Shown here: piece after piece, positions 1 through 15,000 of the stretch | How positions within the stretch are numbered: position 1 is the stretch's first letter | Layout: every line of letters starts with the position of its first letter | IMG/VR virus record: IMGVR_UViG_3300021092_000008 | DNA: 64,000 nucleotides | Reading direction: 5' to 3' (one strand) | Source: a virus | Notes under the pieces: generated by a model | What the model was told of the DNA's origin: nothing | Databases searched by the model: none | The model's input: the letters and a program-made list of their open reading frames with translations, nothing else | Translations under genes and position numbers: made by a program

Positions 1-13
1 AATCGGTCACAAA

Positions 14-3000
14 ATGTTCGGGCAAAAAAGTGCCATTCTTAACATTAAAGAACATACTGGTGACGTTGCTAAATTAAATGCTTTAATTACAGCAGGAACT
101 AATATTGTTGGGCAACAAACGTCGTGTTCAGCAACTTTAACGTCTATTATTTCTGCTACTCCTGCTCCTGATTATGTGTGGGAAGCTGAGCAAGAATATT
201 TAGTTGGGGATATTGTAAGAGTAAGCAATTCAATTTATAAAGTAACCACCTCAGGAAGTAGTGGAACTATTGCTTATAGTGGTGTATTAGCTACACCAAA
301 AAATGCTGTAAACGGATCATCTGCATATATCTATTTGGGTGATAGAAGAGAAGCATCTTTAAATATTACAGTAAATGATAATTCTCCATCACAGTCTTTT
401 GCTGATGATGAAGTTATTTCATACGTAATAAATTCTGTTACTTATCTAGCTAACGTAGCATTATTTAAATCAACTAGAGCAGAAGGTGAAGTTGTAAAAT
501 ATGGCGAGACAGAATTAAGAGAATACATTGTAGAAGAAATTGATGCTAGTAAATGGTCTACTCACCCAACGCCAGGTGATAATGGTCAATTAACTCCTGG
601 TAGTGGTGGTATAATTTTTAAATTTGCTGGTCTTCATGAATTTAAAGAATTCGATATTGTTTTTATATCAAAACCAAATAATGCCCCAGTTGCTTTAAAT
701 TCATTCTTTGGTTTTCAAAGAGTTGATCAAGTTTTATATGATGCTGACGGTTTTTCTAGAAGAATTGTCGTTAAGAAACAAATTCAACCAAGTTACACCT
801 CAGTATATTTACCACCAATTGGACAGTGTAAAGCAAAAGCAAAAACAAAGTATGTCGAGATTTCGCTATTAAACTCTCCATATGGATTTACTGATTCTAC
901 ATTTACATCATATAGATTTATAGATGCTGTAACATTTATTAGAAATAATAGAGATTTTATCGCTGAAGAAATTACTGGAGCAATTAGTTCTCGTTATCCA
1001 GATTTTGTCTATCCTGGTACAAATGCTAGTAGATTAAGATTTAAAGATGCTAGAAATTTAATCTACAAAAATTTAGATTTTATTGCCGATGAAGCTATTG
1101 GATGGTTGTGGAATGAATCAAACTTTGCTACTTGGGGAGCAGCAAACTTAGCATTAAAAAGTAAATGCCGTAGAGATGTCAAGATCTTTTTAAGAGGTCT
1201 GGCAAATGATTTATATGACGGATCAAATAAGAGTACAATTGTTGTAACCAGATCTTATTTTAATGCCATTACTGGAGTGCCAATTCCTAATGGTCTTGTT
1301 GGTGTTGAACCTCAATCTATTGCTGTTTTCACCAAAGCTGCTGAATATGCAAAATTAGCTGTTAACAATTCATTGCCTATAACTCCAACTTATTCGCCGT
1401 TAAAAGCATATAGAGATCTTTCAATAACTCATGATCCAACAACATACTTAACTGTTGGGGAAAATAATTGTGCTAACGTTAAAACCGCTATTACTACTTT
1501 AACAACCATTTTAACTAGTGCTATTAGTGCTGGCAATTTGACTGGATTACCACCAGTTAGTTCTGACGATGGTGCTTCAGATGGAGAAAATCTTTGTAAG
1601 AGAGATCTTAAACATATTTTAAATGCTGTTATTGCCGATCTCCCATATGGTGGCAACGCTACTTCAATCGAAGCGGCAAAATCATATAGAAATAATTCTA
1701 CTCAATCAGTTGAATATATTGATAACCAGCATAGACAATCTCGTTTTGCTTTCCAATTAGCAAGAGATTATGCTATTCTTGCCATGAGAAATTGGCAAAC
1801 AAAAATTAGTCTGAAGTTTAAAAAAGATAGTGATATTGTTGAAGTTGTTTCAGCAGCAGGAACAATTGGTCTTGTTCCCAAAATGAGATTATATTCTTAT
1901 AATAATCTAGAACAACAAGTAGAAACAGATTACTTCATTAAAGAAGTTGTATCTCCAACTCAAATAAGAATCTGGAAATTTAATACAGGTCTTTCTGGAG
2001 CAGATCACACTTTTGCTGATGGTGAAATAACAGGCTTTAAAACAAGAAATATTAATTTAAAACTTAGTGAAGGTGAAACATCATTTACACCAATTTGGAC
2101 AGATGATTTAGTTCCAAGAACTACCAACTATCCAGAATTTCCAGAATGTACTAACGTTGCTGTTACATTAACAAACTTATTTACTTTAATTGATGATATT
2201 GTAGTAAACAATACGGATGATCGTTACTTTGACGCTACAAATCAGATAGAATTTAATAAAGATTTTATTGCTGAGGAAGTTAATGGTTGGTTAAAAGAGA
2301 CATATGATGGATTTGCTTATCCATTACCAACTTTTACCAAAACAGTTATTGATACTTCAAACGCTGATGCTTATCCATCTTTTATTCAAATAACTAATAC
2401 TGCAAAAGTAAAGGTAGGGCAATTAGTAACTAGCGGTGACGCTATTCAAGATAATACATACATTACTTCTATTGATGTAGAAAATAAAATTTTATATCTA
2501 AGTAAATCATTAGAAAGTGAGATGGATAGTGTTACTATTCATCCTGATGTATATCTTGATGAGTCGATGAGATATAAGGACGCTTCTAACCTTATTCTCA
2601 AAAACAAAAACGAAATTACTGACAAAGCACTTGCTCAGATTGCTGTAGAATTTCCAGACTTCGTTTTCCCTGGAAATTCAGTTACTGACGAATTCAGTAG
2701 ATTTGCTGATGGATACCGTTTAATTACTCAAAATATCAAAGAAATTGTTGATCGTTCTTCAGCAGAAGTTGCTGTACAACATCCAGATTTTTATTTCCCT
2801 GCCGATGCTCAAACTACAAAGAGATCAAGATTTAAAGATGCTTATCGATTAATCCAATTAAACAAACAGGAAATTATTGATACTGCTTATGCTACTATGG
2901 AAGCAAATGGTCTTCCATCCCCAGCTCCAACTGATCTAGAATCTAAGTGTAAGCGTGACATTGGTTTGTTAGTTGATTACGTATCACTTGATGTATTTGT

Positions 3001-6000
3001 TGGTGGCAACACCTATGCCAGAAAGTTTGTTCTAACATATTTCAATGGCAACACATTTATTCCAGATGGTTTGGAAGGAGAAGTTCCTCAGTCAATAACA
3101 GCATTCAATGCTGCTAGAGATTTGATGAAGCAAGCTATTGCTAATCAATTAACAGTTAAAGATTTAACCATCACTCCTGGTGCTGCTACTTATGGTGGAG
3201 GTGGTGGAAACATTCCAAATGATAATGTTGGCGCTTGTGCTGATGTTCAATCTGCTATCACATCATTAGTTGCTGTTGTAACTGACGTACTAACATCATT
3301 AAACATCAATAATCTAGTAAAAGAAAATGATGGCAACAATAACCGTTACGAAGATTCGGCGGATTTAATTTATAATAACAAGCAAGAAATTATTGATCGT
3401 GCTGCTGCTCAGATTGCTGTGGAGTATCCAGATTTCTATTATCCTGGCGATCCTCAAACTACATCTTCTTCAAGATTTAGAGATTCGTATCGTTTAATTC
3501 AGCAGAATAGGCAGCAAATTATTGACCGTGCTGCTGCTGAAATTGCTATACAATTCCCAGATTTCTATTATCCTGGAGATGCTCAAACAACTCCTACATC
3601 TAGATTTAAAGATGCTTATCGTTTAATTCAATTAAATCGAGATGAAATTATAGCAAATGCTTATGCTGCTATTTTAATATTCAATCCAGAATTTGTAAAT
3701 CCAAATCCACAAAAATGCCAGAGAGATATTGGTATTTTCGTCGATGCTTTATCTTTGGATATTTCTAATGGTGGTGGTAATACATATACTCGTAAATTTG
3801 TACTACAATATTTTAATAATGGTATTCCTATTTCCAATGGTCTTCTAGGAGAAGAAGCGGAATCAAATGTTGCTTTTAATAAAGCAAGAGACGAGATGAA
3901 TAGGGCTGTTGCTAACCAGTTAACAGTTAAAGATCTTACTATTACCGCAGATCCAACACCTGGATCTGGAACTGTATCGAATACAAATCCCGACTCCTGT
4001 GCTAACGTTCAAGCAGCTATTACTAGCTTAGCACTTATTGTCACAGATAGAATTACTGCTGGTAATATAATTGGTTTACCATCTGAAACAACAGGAACGA
4101 TTCCTGCTGGGGAAGCAAAGTGTAAGAGAGATTTAGCATACTTTGTTGATTCTGTATCTCTAGATTTAACTTTAAAATCAAACAAATATTCACGTAAATT
4201 TGTACTACAATATTTTAATAATGGTATTCCTATTTCCAATGGTCTTGTAGACGAAACAGCTCAATCTGTAGTTGCTTTTAACATGGCTCGTGACATGATG
4301 AAGAATGCGATTACTAACCAGTTGTTCGCTAAAGATCTTACAATTACTCCAGACCCAGCACCTGGATCTGGAGCTGTATCAAATACAAATCCTAACTCCT
4401 GTACTAACGTAAGATCTACTATTGATACTTTATCTTCATTGATTACAGCAAGAATTACCGCAGGTAATTTAACTGGTCTTCCAGCAGAAGTAGAACCAGT
4501 TACACTCAAGGGAGAAACAAAGTGTAAGAGAGATATTGGGCAATTTGTTATTGCTATTGAAGCTGATTTACGTCAATTAACCGATTTCAATACGAGAACA
4601 TTCTTATCACGTTATTTCACTCCCGATGGTTCTTCTTGGATTAGTAATGGATTACAAAATGAGGAAGCACAATCTGTAGTTGCTTTTAACAAAGCAAGAG
4701 ATGTAATTAATCAAGCGATCACCAATCAACTTTATTACAAAGACCTCACAATTACAGCAGATCCTGTAACAGGAAGCAATGCCAATCCTTCTTCGTGTGC
4801 TGATGTTCAAACAGCAATTACAACTCTAACGACACTTGTAACAACCAGAATTACTGCTGGAAACTTAGGAACAACCAAAAGTTCTTTCCTTGCTGCTGCT
4901 ACTTACGATGTTTTAGTTGGAGAAATTAAGTGTAAGCGTGATGTTAAGAAGTTTGTAGAAGCAGTTTCTTTAGATGTATTTACTAAAGGTAACAAATATT
5001 CAAGAGAATTTGTAAATCAATATTTCACAAATGTTTCAAGTCCTCTTTCAAATGGATTAGTAAACGAAGAAACTCAATCTATCACAGCATTCAACATGGC
5101 TCGTGATATGATGAGGAAAGCAGTAACTAATCAATTAACAATTAAGGATTTAACTATTACTGCAGGACCAGCCCAATATAACGGAAGTGGTGGCAATATC
5201 CCAAATCTGCCTTCAGGAACTGCTGCAGCATGTGTTGATGTTCAAGCAGGAATCGCATCGTTAAGTAAGATTATTACTGATGTCATTACTGCTGGATCTT
5301 TAACTGGATTAGATGCTTTCCCAGAAACACAAGGAGTGTTTGGAATTGGTGAAACAAAATGTCGTAGAGACATTGGTATCATTGTTGATGCTGTAGCAAA
5401 AGACGTTGCTGACGGTAGTAACTGGAGATCAGTAACTGCTGCTAGATCTTATTTCCAAGAAGGGCAACCAATTTCAAATGGTCTGGTTGATGAAGAAGCA
5501 GCATCTATTTTTGCTTTTAATAAAGCAAGAGATCTCATGATTCTTGCCATAAGAAACCAATTGAACTATCGTGATTTATCAATTACTGCTGATCCAGAAA
5601 GATTAACAAACTTTGATAAATTTGTCTGCTCTGATGTTGCTTCAGGAATTACTACTTTAGTTTCTATTATTACTACAACTATTAATGATGGTGATTTAGA
5701 TTCTTTATCTGGAATAACTGTAAATAGAGGAACATATTCATTTAACGAAATTAAGTGTAAGAGAGATATTAAGCTTCTTATTGATGCTGTCATTAATGAT
5801 ATAACTTTAAATGATAGCAACGCAAATAGTATTAACTATGCCAATTTATACAAGGAGCAAAACGGTAACATCAAATTAATCGATAATCAACTAATTCAAT
5901 CTGTTGCCGCTTTCAGAAAAGCAAGAGATCTATGTATCCTTGCTATGAGAAATTGGATTGAATTCCCAGGAAAACAATATTATCAGAAGGAGTATACAGA

Positions 6001-9000
6001 TCTTGATTATGTAAGAGATGAGTTCTTAATTATTGATACTGAAACTCCTTATTGCCAGAATGTTGCCACTGCTATTACAAATAGATTTGATTTAATCATT
6101 AATATTTTAACTGGTGATGCTGAAAATTCAAATCTAGATACAGCTAATCAAATTGCTATTAATGAAAACTTTATTATTAACGAAGCATTAGCATCAGGAG
6201 AAGTTTCTTTCCCTGGTGTTTCAATTCCAAACATTACTAAATGTAAGAGAGATTTAAGAATTATCCTTCGCTCCGTACAACGTGATATAATTCTTGGTGG
6301 TACTGTTGGTATTGTTCGTTCAGCAGATTCTTATTTAACTGGAGCAACTTTAGATGTAGGTTTTGTTGGCGATCAATTAGGTAAGACTTTACACATTTAC
6401 GATTATGCCAAGCATATGGCAATTGCTGCCACAAGAAATTGGAATTTTGAAATTAGAGACTGTACGACAGTAAGCGGAAATAATGTAGTAACAGTTCCTA
6501 ACACAAATGGCGTTGTTCTTGGAATGAGAGTATCTGCTAATGAGTTTAGATACACTGATCTTACCCCAGATTCATATGCTTATGTAATTGGAATTAATAG
6601 AGGAAGCAATACAATAACTTTAGGTAACTCTAAGTCATTGACAGCTGCTGCTTTCCCAGCAAATGCTTCAACAACAACAGCAAAACTATTCTTCTCATTT
6701 AGTGAAGTAGGTGCTCCATGGTTTGATGCTGCTAATAACATCACTGCTAATAAGACATTTATTAAGCAGGAAGCAGTTGGATACATTGAAAATATCTATC
6801 CATATCTAACCACACTTAATCCTTCAACTTCATTAGCTAATCTTGTTTCTCAGTATGATAATGCTACATGCCAAAGAGATATTGGTTATGTATTAGATGC
6901 TCTCATTTTTGATTTAAGATATGGCGGCAACTCAGAAACTATTAAAGCTGCCGAATTATATAGAAATGCTTCTGGTCACCTTGACTATATTGGTAATCAA
7001 CTAGTTCAAAGTATAGAAACTTTTGAAAAGGTAAAAGATCTAGCAGTCCTTGCTATGAGAAATTGGAAGACTAGTGCTACTACAACGTATACTAAACAAT
7101 TTGCCACAGCAGATTATGTCGTAAACAATGATATATTACCAGATCCTGCTGGATATCCACAGTGTGCTTTCGTGGAAGCATCAATAGAATCTTTATTCCA
7201 GCAGTTTGTTGACATCATCACAAATGATTCTGGAGGAACTAAAATTGATGCTGCTAGACTTATTGCTAGAAACTTTAAATATATCGCTGAGGAAGCAGTA
7301 GGTGCTGCTAACGAGGAGTATCCTCTTGTAACAATTCCAAATGAAGCAAAATGTTTGAGAGACACTCAATTAATTATGACCGCTTGGATTAAAGATTTAA
7401 TTACTGGAGGCAACTCTGCTACAATTCAAGCAACTCAATCTTATTTAACAAATACTGGCGCTGTTACTTTTATTCAGGATGAACTACAAAAGAGTAGATA
7501 TGCTTATGAGTACGCTAAAAATCTAGTTAAATTAGCAGTTACAAATAATTTACCTGATCCAGGAGAATATACAGACGAAGATCCATTTACTGATTTATCT
7601 ATTCTCCCAGATCCTCTTACTAATGACAATACAGATCCAACGTCATGTGCTTCAGTACAAAGCACCATAGAAACTTTATGGAGTATTCTTGATAGTACTT
7701 TAGCTCAATCTGGAGCTCCATTACCAGCAGCTACTTATGGCACTCAATACAATCCTCGTAAATACTTCCCAGCAAACTTCCCTGGTATTTTTGCTGGTGA
7801 TTATTTCCAAGGTTTACAAAGAGCGTCTACGGATGAATTCATTACAGAAGACACATCCTATCCAGAATGTGCCAATATTATTACTACATTAATTAATCTA
7901 TTTGCCATCTTAGATGCTGTGCTAAATGGTGGAGATTTACCAGAGGCTACTAATGATAACGTTGCTTTAGTTGTTAGAAATCGAGGAACTCTTTACAACC
8001 CAACAATTGTACAAGGTTCTGGTACAATGATTGATGCTGGTAACAGACCAGTAATTCGTGGTAGAATGATTAATGCCAATGACATTATTGAAACTTCTCC
8101 ATATATTCAAAACTGTTCGATTATTTCATTCTTAGGTGGTGGTGGTTGTGAAGTTGATGGTTCTAAGATTAAACAAATTAACGTTCCTCGTCCAGGTTTG
8201 AAAGAAGATGGATCATCAAAGCTTGCCCCACAAGGTAAATCGATGGTTGCTAACGCCTTCACTATTATTTCACAGGGAGGCACTGGATACTTAGTTAAGA
8301 ATGATGGTTACACTCAGTTGGTATCTGTATTCTGTATCTTCTGCCAAGATGGTATTCTTGCCGAATCTGGTGGATATGCTTCTGTTACCAACTCTGCTTC
8401 AAACTTTGGTACATATGCTCTACGTGCTACTGGATATAGAGAAGAACCATATGTATTTGATATTGCTACCATTAGCGAAATTGGTGTTACGGGCGCTGGT
8501 AAAACAATATTCCGTGTAGATGGATTAGGAAGAAGACCACAAGAAAACTTTGTTGTTAAAATTGATGGATATGAAAATGTCGTATCAGACATTGAATTTT
8601 TTATAACTGTAGTATCTCAAACAACAGTTGGTGGAACTGGAGAAGTTAGTTCTAGAATTGAGTTAAATGATGCTCTTTTAATAAAAAATAAAGAATCTGG
8701 TCAGATAGTCAATCTCAACACTTCAGAATTAATTAATAAAACAATTAGATTATTCAGACCATCTATCATTAACTCTTCTGGTCATTCGTTTGAATATATT
8801 GGTTCTGGTATTAATTACTATGCTCTACCAGAAAATGGTGGACAGAAGATTGAAGATAACGAGCAAGTATCACAAAGTTACGGTAGAGTATATGCTTCTG
8901 GTACTGATGAGGCAGGTGACTTCAAGGTAGGTCGTACCGTGAAGATGGAAAACAGAACTGGTAACATTTACTTTACTGGTCAAGTATCTATCTCGGAAAT

Positions 9001-12000
9001 TGAATTCTTACGTATTCGTGGTGGTGATCTTGTTGTTACTGGATTTGATGCTTCGCCAACATTAGGTGGTGCTGCTGCTACAAACCAAAAACTACCAACA
9101 CAGAAAGCTGTTAGAGACTTTGTAACTAATAACCTAGGTCCATATTTTGGTAAACCATATTCAACAAATCCAGTTCCAAATGCTCTTGTAGAACTAGGAA
9201 ATGATGGTAAGATTAATCTAGATCAAATTCCACCTATCAGACCATTTAAAGTTTATACAGTAGAAAACACTTCCCAAAGACTTGCTTTAGAAGGATTAAA
9301 TTCTGGTGATATTGCTGTACAAGTTACAAGATTGAATGATACTATCAGTGCTTCTGATGTTGATGTAGCAAATAATAAAATCTTTACTCCTAAAACTGGA
9401 TTCTCTAGCGGTCAAATTCTTTCAATTGTATCAAGTCCAGTTAACCCAATTCAAACAACTGATGGTCCTATAGTTGCTGGAGAGTCTTATTATCTTATTG
9501 TTCTTCCAAATAATTTTGTTCAGTTAGCAGCATCTCCAGAAAATGTTATTGACGAAATTCCTATAACAATTACTGACGCTGGATCTGGCAATACAGAAGT
9601 TCAAATCGCTACTGGTACAGTTTCATATATTTTAAATAATGATGTAGATACTCAATTTTTAGCTTATCCTCCAAATATATCCACAACATTTACAACTGGA
9701 TCATTAGTTATTGGTTCGGCAACAGGTGCTATTGGTTCAGTAACTAGTACTTTATATGGTACTGTATTCTCAATTTCAGTTTCTGGCGGTGGTAATGTTT
9801 ATTTAAATGAAACTCCATCTGTAGTTATCTCTGCTCCGAATCAAGGTGATGGTGTTCAAGCAACAGCAACTCCTGTTGTTGTTGGTAGTAGAATTTCGGC
9901 AGTTGAAATTACCAATAAAGGAAGTGGATATGATACCACACCAACTGTATCTATTTCTATAGGAGAAGTTGCTTGGTCAGCAAATCAAACATATCTTGTC
10001 GATGATTTAATTTTTGTTGGAACAAATCTTTATAAAGTAACAACAGAGGGAACTTCAGGAACATCTGCTTTCTCTGGTCAATCTGGCATTCCTCAACCAG
10101 CAGATGGTGGTACATGTTTCTATGTTTACGTCGGGGAAAGAGCTCAATTAACATCTTTTGTTGAAAGTAGAGTTTCTATTAATATTGAAAATTCTGTTAA
10201 ATTTACTGATGTTGACAATATTAATAGTCATAATGCTACTCCTGTCACAGTAAACATATCTAGAGTTGTTAATACATCAGGATCAAATGAATTTAACTGG
10301 GTTCCACTGACATCAGCTTCTATTGATGCTGCTTCTATTACTACTGGTACTATTTCTACTTCTAGATTAGCATTACCTAATACTGGTTCAGCAAACTCGT
10401 TTACATTCTTAAGGGGCGATCAATCATTTAAACCAGTTGTACAAGGTGTTAAATTACCAGAATCTAAATTCTTAGTAAAAACTGTTCTATTCTCACCTGG
10501 AAGTGGTGATCCTTTAATCCCGCCAGTAAACTACATCACTATTCCATTAACGAGTTTAATACAAACTGGACAGAGAGTTATTGGTAATGGTGTGTCAGCA
10601 GATACAATTGTTCTTGAAATATTAACTGTTGGTGGTAATACTAGAGTTGTATTAAGTTCTACGCTAATTAATGATGTCCCTGTTGGTACAGTATTTACCA
10701 TTATAAGAACAGAAACTGCATTACAATTTGATTCTAACTTTACCAAAGGAGCATATGCTGCTGGCATCTTTATAGAAAGTCCAGGTAACTATTACACTTC
10801 AACTATTACCAATGGTAATATAGGAGAAAATACAATTAGCGTAGTTGACGTTACCAAAGCTGTTATTGGGCAAAAGGTAACTGCTGAGGGAGTTGCTACC
10901 AATGCTATTATCACCAGCATTCAGCTTGATAGTGGAACTTCGGGAACAATTACTTTATCAGCAAATAATACTGCTAATATAGTAAACAAAGAAGTTCAGT
11001 TTGGAGTTCCATTCTCAACTGGTACGTTCAATAACGTAGAACTATTCGGTTCAAATACAGGTTCTGGTGCTAAAGCAACATTTACTGTTCAAAATGGTTT
11101 AATTACTAATGCCCTTATAACTGATGGTGGTAATGGATATACAGAAGATTTTGATATCGATCCCATTCCAGGTGCTTTAGGATTAGGAACTGGCGCTAAA
11201 CTTACTGTTCTTGCTTCAACTCAGCAAACATACTTCTCTAGCATCGAAATGGATGTCAAGAGAGTTACAAATCAAACAACATCATTAGATCCTTTTGGTA
11301 CAGTTGGTGTTGCTAGATTCCAGAAATCACAATATACATATGGTCCTGATGGAGCAGTTACTTTAAAAACTGGTCCAGAATCAGGATTAGATTCTGACTT
11401 ACTTGATGGTAAGCAAGGTGTATTCTATCTTGATGCTTCAAACTTAGAATCTGGCACTCTAAGACCAGATAGATTATCTGGTACATATTCAATTGATATT
11501 ACTGGCAAATCTGGTACTACAACTAGAGTAGAAACTATAACAGATTCCATCAACGCTGTACCAGCTCCTTCTGCTTACGGATCAGGTTTAAGTTTGGCAG
11601 CAAGAATATCTTCTAATTTTAGATCTTCTCTAGTTGATAGAACCTTAGAAGATGAAGGAGAGCGTGTAACATTACTGACTATTAGACCATCTGGTATTGG
11701 TACAGATGCTAGTAATGGTGGTTTAAAACAGTTAGCATTTACTGATGGTACTCTTAACGTTGGTACAGGTGGTGGTGGTGCTAGTTCTTCTACAACTCTT
11801 GATGATGTTGTTCCAAATATGTACATTCGTGGTACAGGAAACATTATCCCAACTGATCCAACAAACGCTTTCTCACCTTGGTATAAGGTATGGACTTCTG
11901 GTAATGATGGATTTGGATCTGGATTAGATGCTGATAAACTACAAGCAAAAGATGCCAAGTTCTATACAAATGCTCTAAACCTTGATGGTGGCAGCATCAA

Positions 12001-15000
12001 TGATTCCAGATTACAACCAATAATGTCTTCTAAGAAATTCTTAGAATCATTAACTACTGTTAGATATATTGACAAAGCACACTATGAAATTTATTTCTCT
12101 GGAAGATTAAATAACGGAGATCTTAACTTCGTAATTGGCACCACTTACTCATTATACAATGATATTCTCCAAGTAGTTGGTCAAGCAACATTAAAGCTGA
12201 TAGAGCAAAAATTCCCTGTAGAAGAGGTTAAAACAGAACTTAATTACGTAATTCTTACAATTCAATTAGATAGTGGTTCTATTGGTTCTGCTACAAAAAT
12301 TGGATTTACTGGTTTTGAACAAACATGGAATTCACTAAGACTTTCGCCATTTGCCACCTATACTTCTTCTACATTACAAGATGATGGTACTGGAGCTAGA
12401 TTAATCTTAGGAAGAAATGATGGTAACAATGTTGCCAACAACACTCCTTCTAGTGGTGCTATCATTGATTTCCATTCAAGCGGAGCATTCAATGAATATG
12501 ATGTAAGATTCCAAGTCACTGGGGGTACTACTAATAGTGGTAATGGTGCTTTAAATATTACTGGTAATGGATTTACTTATAACAGCAATACTGTCTGGCA
12601 CTCTGGAAATGACACTGATATTTCAGGTCTGAATGCCAACTTCTTACAAGGTATTACAAAATCTCAGGTAATGAGATCTGATGAGAATACAGCAACGGCT
12701 GGATCATTAACCGTAACTGGAGTTACAACATTATCAAGTTTCGTAACTATTAATGACGCTGCTCAATTAGCAGATAACACAATTATTGATCCTGATATTT
12801 ATTCTAACAAAGTTATTGCTGGTAATTTAGCAGATGGTGGAGGATTCTCTGTTATTGGTATTGGCGGTAATGCTGGAGTAGGTAAATCTTGGGCAATAGG
12901 TCATAATGGAACTTCATTGTACTTTGGTATTGGCGATGGAAGTGCTGCTGATACATTAACAACATGGGCACAAGTAGATGCCGACAGAACAATTAGATTC
13001 TTTGCTAAAAATAATAGCTCAATATTCTTCAGTTCTGGTACTAATGATTATAGAATTTGGAATGAAAATAATGATGGTTCTGGTTCTGGTTTAGATGCCG
13101 ATCTCTTAGATGATAGAGATTGGAACTCTAGAGATAAATCAATTCTCAGAACTTCTGGATCTCATATTGCTGGTGGTTTATACATTAATGATGGCACTAA
13201 ATATCAAACTTCAAACTTTGGTTTCTTAATTAGGCATTCTGATGCCAATGGTGTAAGTGCTGGTGCTGGTGGTAGACTAGATTTTGTATTTGGAGACGAT
13301 GCTTCTAAAGCAGCAGATCAAACTGTATCAACTCTTCGTACATTCTCATTTGATAAATCTGGTCAATTAATTCTTCCAGCGCCTACAGGTACTTCTCCAT
13401 TATCTGTAACTTCTACGACTAAAGTAACAAATTTAAATGTTGATTTACTAGATGATCAGGATGGTAGTTATTATACAAACGTCAACAATGCTAATGCTGG
13501 TACTTTAGCTGCTGTTAGAGGTGGTACAGGAATCAATGCTTATGCTATTGGTGATATGTTGTATGCTTCAGCAACAACCCCAACACTAGCAAAATTAAAT
13601 ATTGGTACTACCAACCAAATTCTTACAGTAAATTCTGACGCCACTGCTCCTAAATGGACCTCACCATCAGCGATTAATATTGGATCAGCAACTAAAATTG
13701 CTGTTACATCAGATGCTGCTACATCAACTAATTTGGTGGTTGGATTCTTCTCATCTACAGAAACCCCAGCAGATATTAAATATAGCTCAGACTCTTCACT
13801 TGGATTATTCTTTAATCCATCTGTAGGAAGATTAACAGCTAAAACATTCAATGGAGCTTTAAGTGGAAATGCTACAAGTGCTACTAACGTTTCTGCTGGT
13901 GGTGCTGCTGGATCTCTACTTTATCAATCAGGAACAAATACAACAACAGTTTTAGGAATTGGTACTTCTGGTCAGGTATTGGTAGTAGGTGGGTCTTCGG
14001 CTCCTATTTGGACAGCACAAATTAACATTACTGCTGGTAATATTAATGGTGGAGTTCGAGGGCAAGTATTATATCAATCTGGCGTTGGAGCAACAGCAAA
14101 ATTACCTGTAGGTGCTGCTGGATCTTTACTCCAGACTAATGGAACTAATCAAAATCCTTCATGGGTGGCACAAAATACAATCACTGCTGGCAACATACAT
14201 GCTGGTGTTGCTGGCGATCTCTTATATCAATCTGCTGCCTCAACAACTTCTAAGTTAACCATTGGATCTGCTGGTCAGGTATTGGTAGTAAATACCAATG
14301 CTACGGCTCCTTCTTGGACAGCACAAAGCAATATTACTGCTGGTAATATTGCTAGCGTTGATGGTGATACTGGATCTTTACTATATCAATCTGCCGTAAA
14401 TGTTACGTCCAAGTTCTCACAAGGAACAGCTGGTCAAGTATTAAGTTCACAAGGAACTGGAGCAGCTCCTCTTTGGATCAACCAATCTTCTATTACTGCT
14501 GGTAACATACATGCTGGTGTACGTGGCGATCTCTTATATCAATCTAACGTTGGAACAACTGTTAAATTAAATATTGGATCTGCTGGTCAGGTATTGGTAG
14601 TAAATGCTGGTGCTACGGCTCCTTCTTGGGTAGCACAAAATACAATCACTGCTGGTAATGTGGATGGTGGAGCTATTGGTGAAGTTCTATATCAATCTGC
14701 TGCTGGAGCAACAGCTAAATTGCCAGTATCAAATTCTGGATTTATTTTATCAACTCAAGGAGCAAATAACCCACCTGCTTGGATTAATCCAAATACAATT
14801 ACTGCTGGTAATATTAGTGGTGGTGCTGCTGGAGAAATTCTATATCAATCTGGTACTGGAGCAACAGCAAAACTTCCTGTGGCAGCAGCATCTGCTGGAC
14901 AAGTTCTTGCTCTAAGTTCCTCCAAATTACCAGTTTATATTAATCAATCTTCAATTGTTGCTGGCAACATTACCAGCATCGCCGCCGATACCAATAAAAT

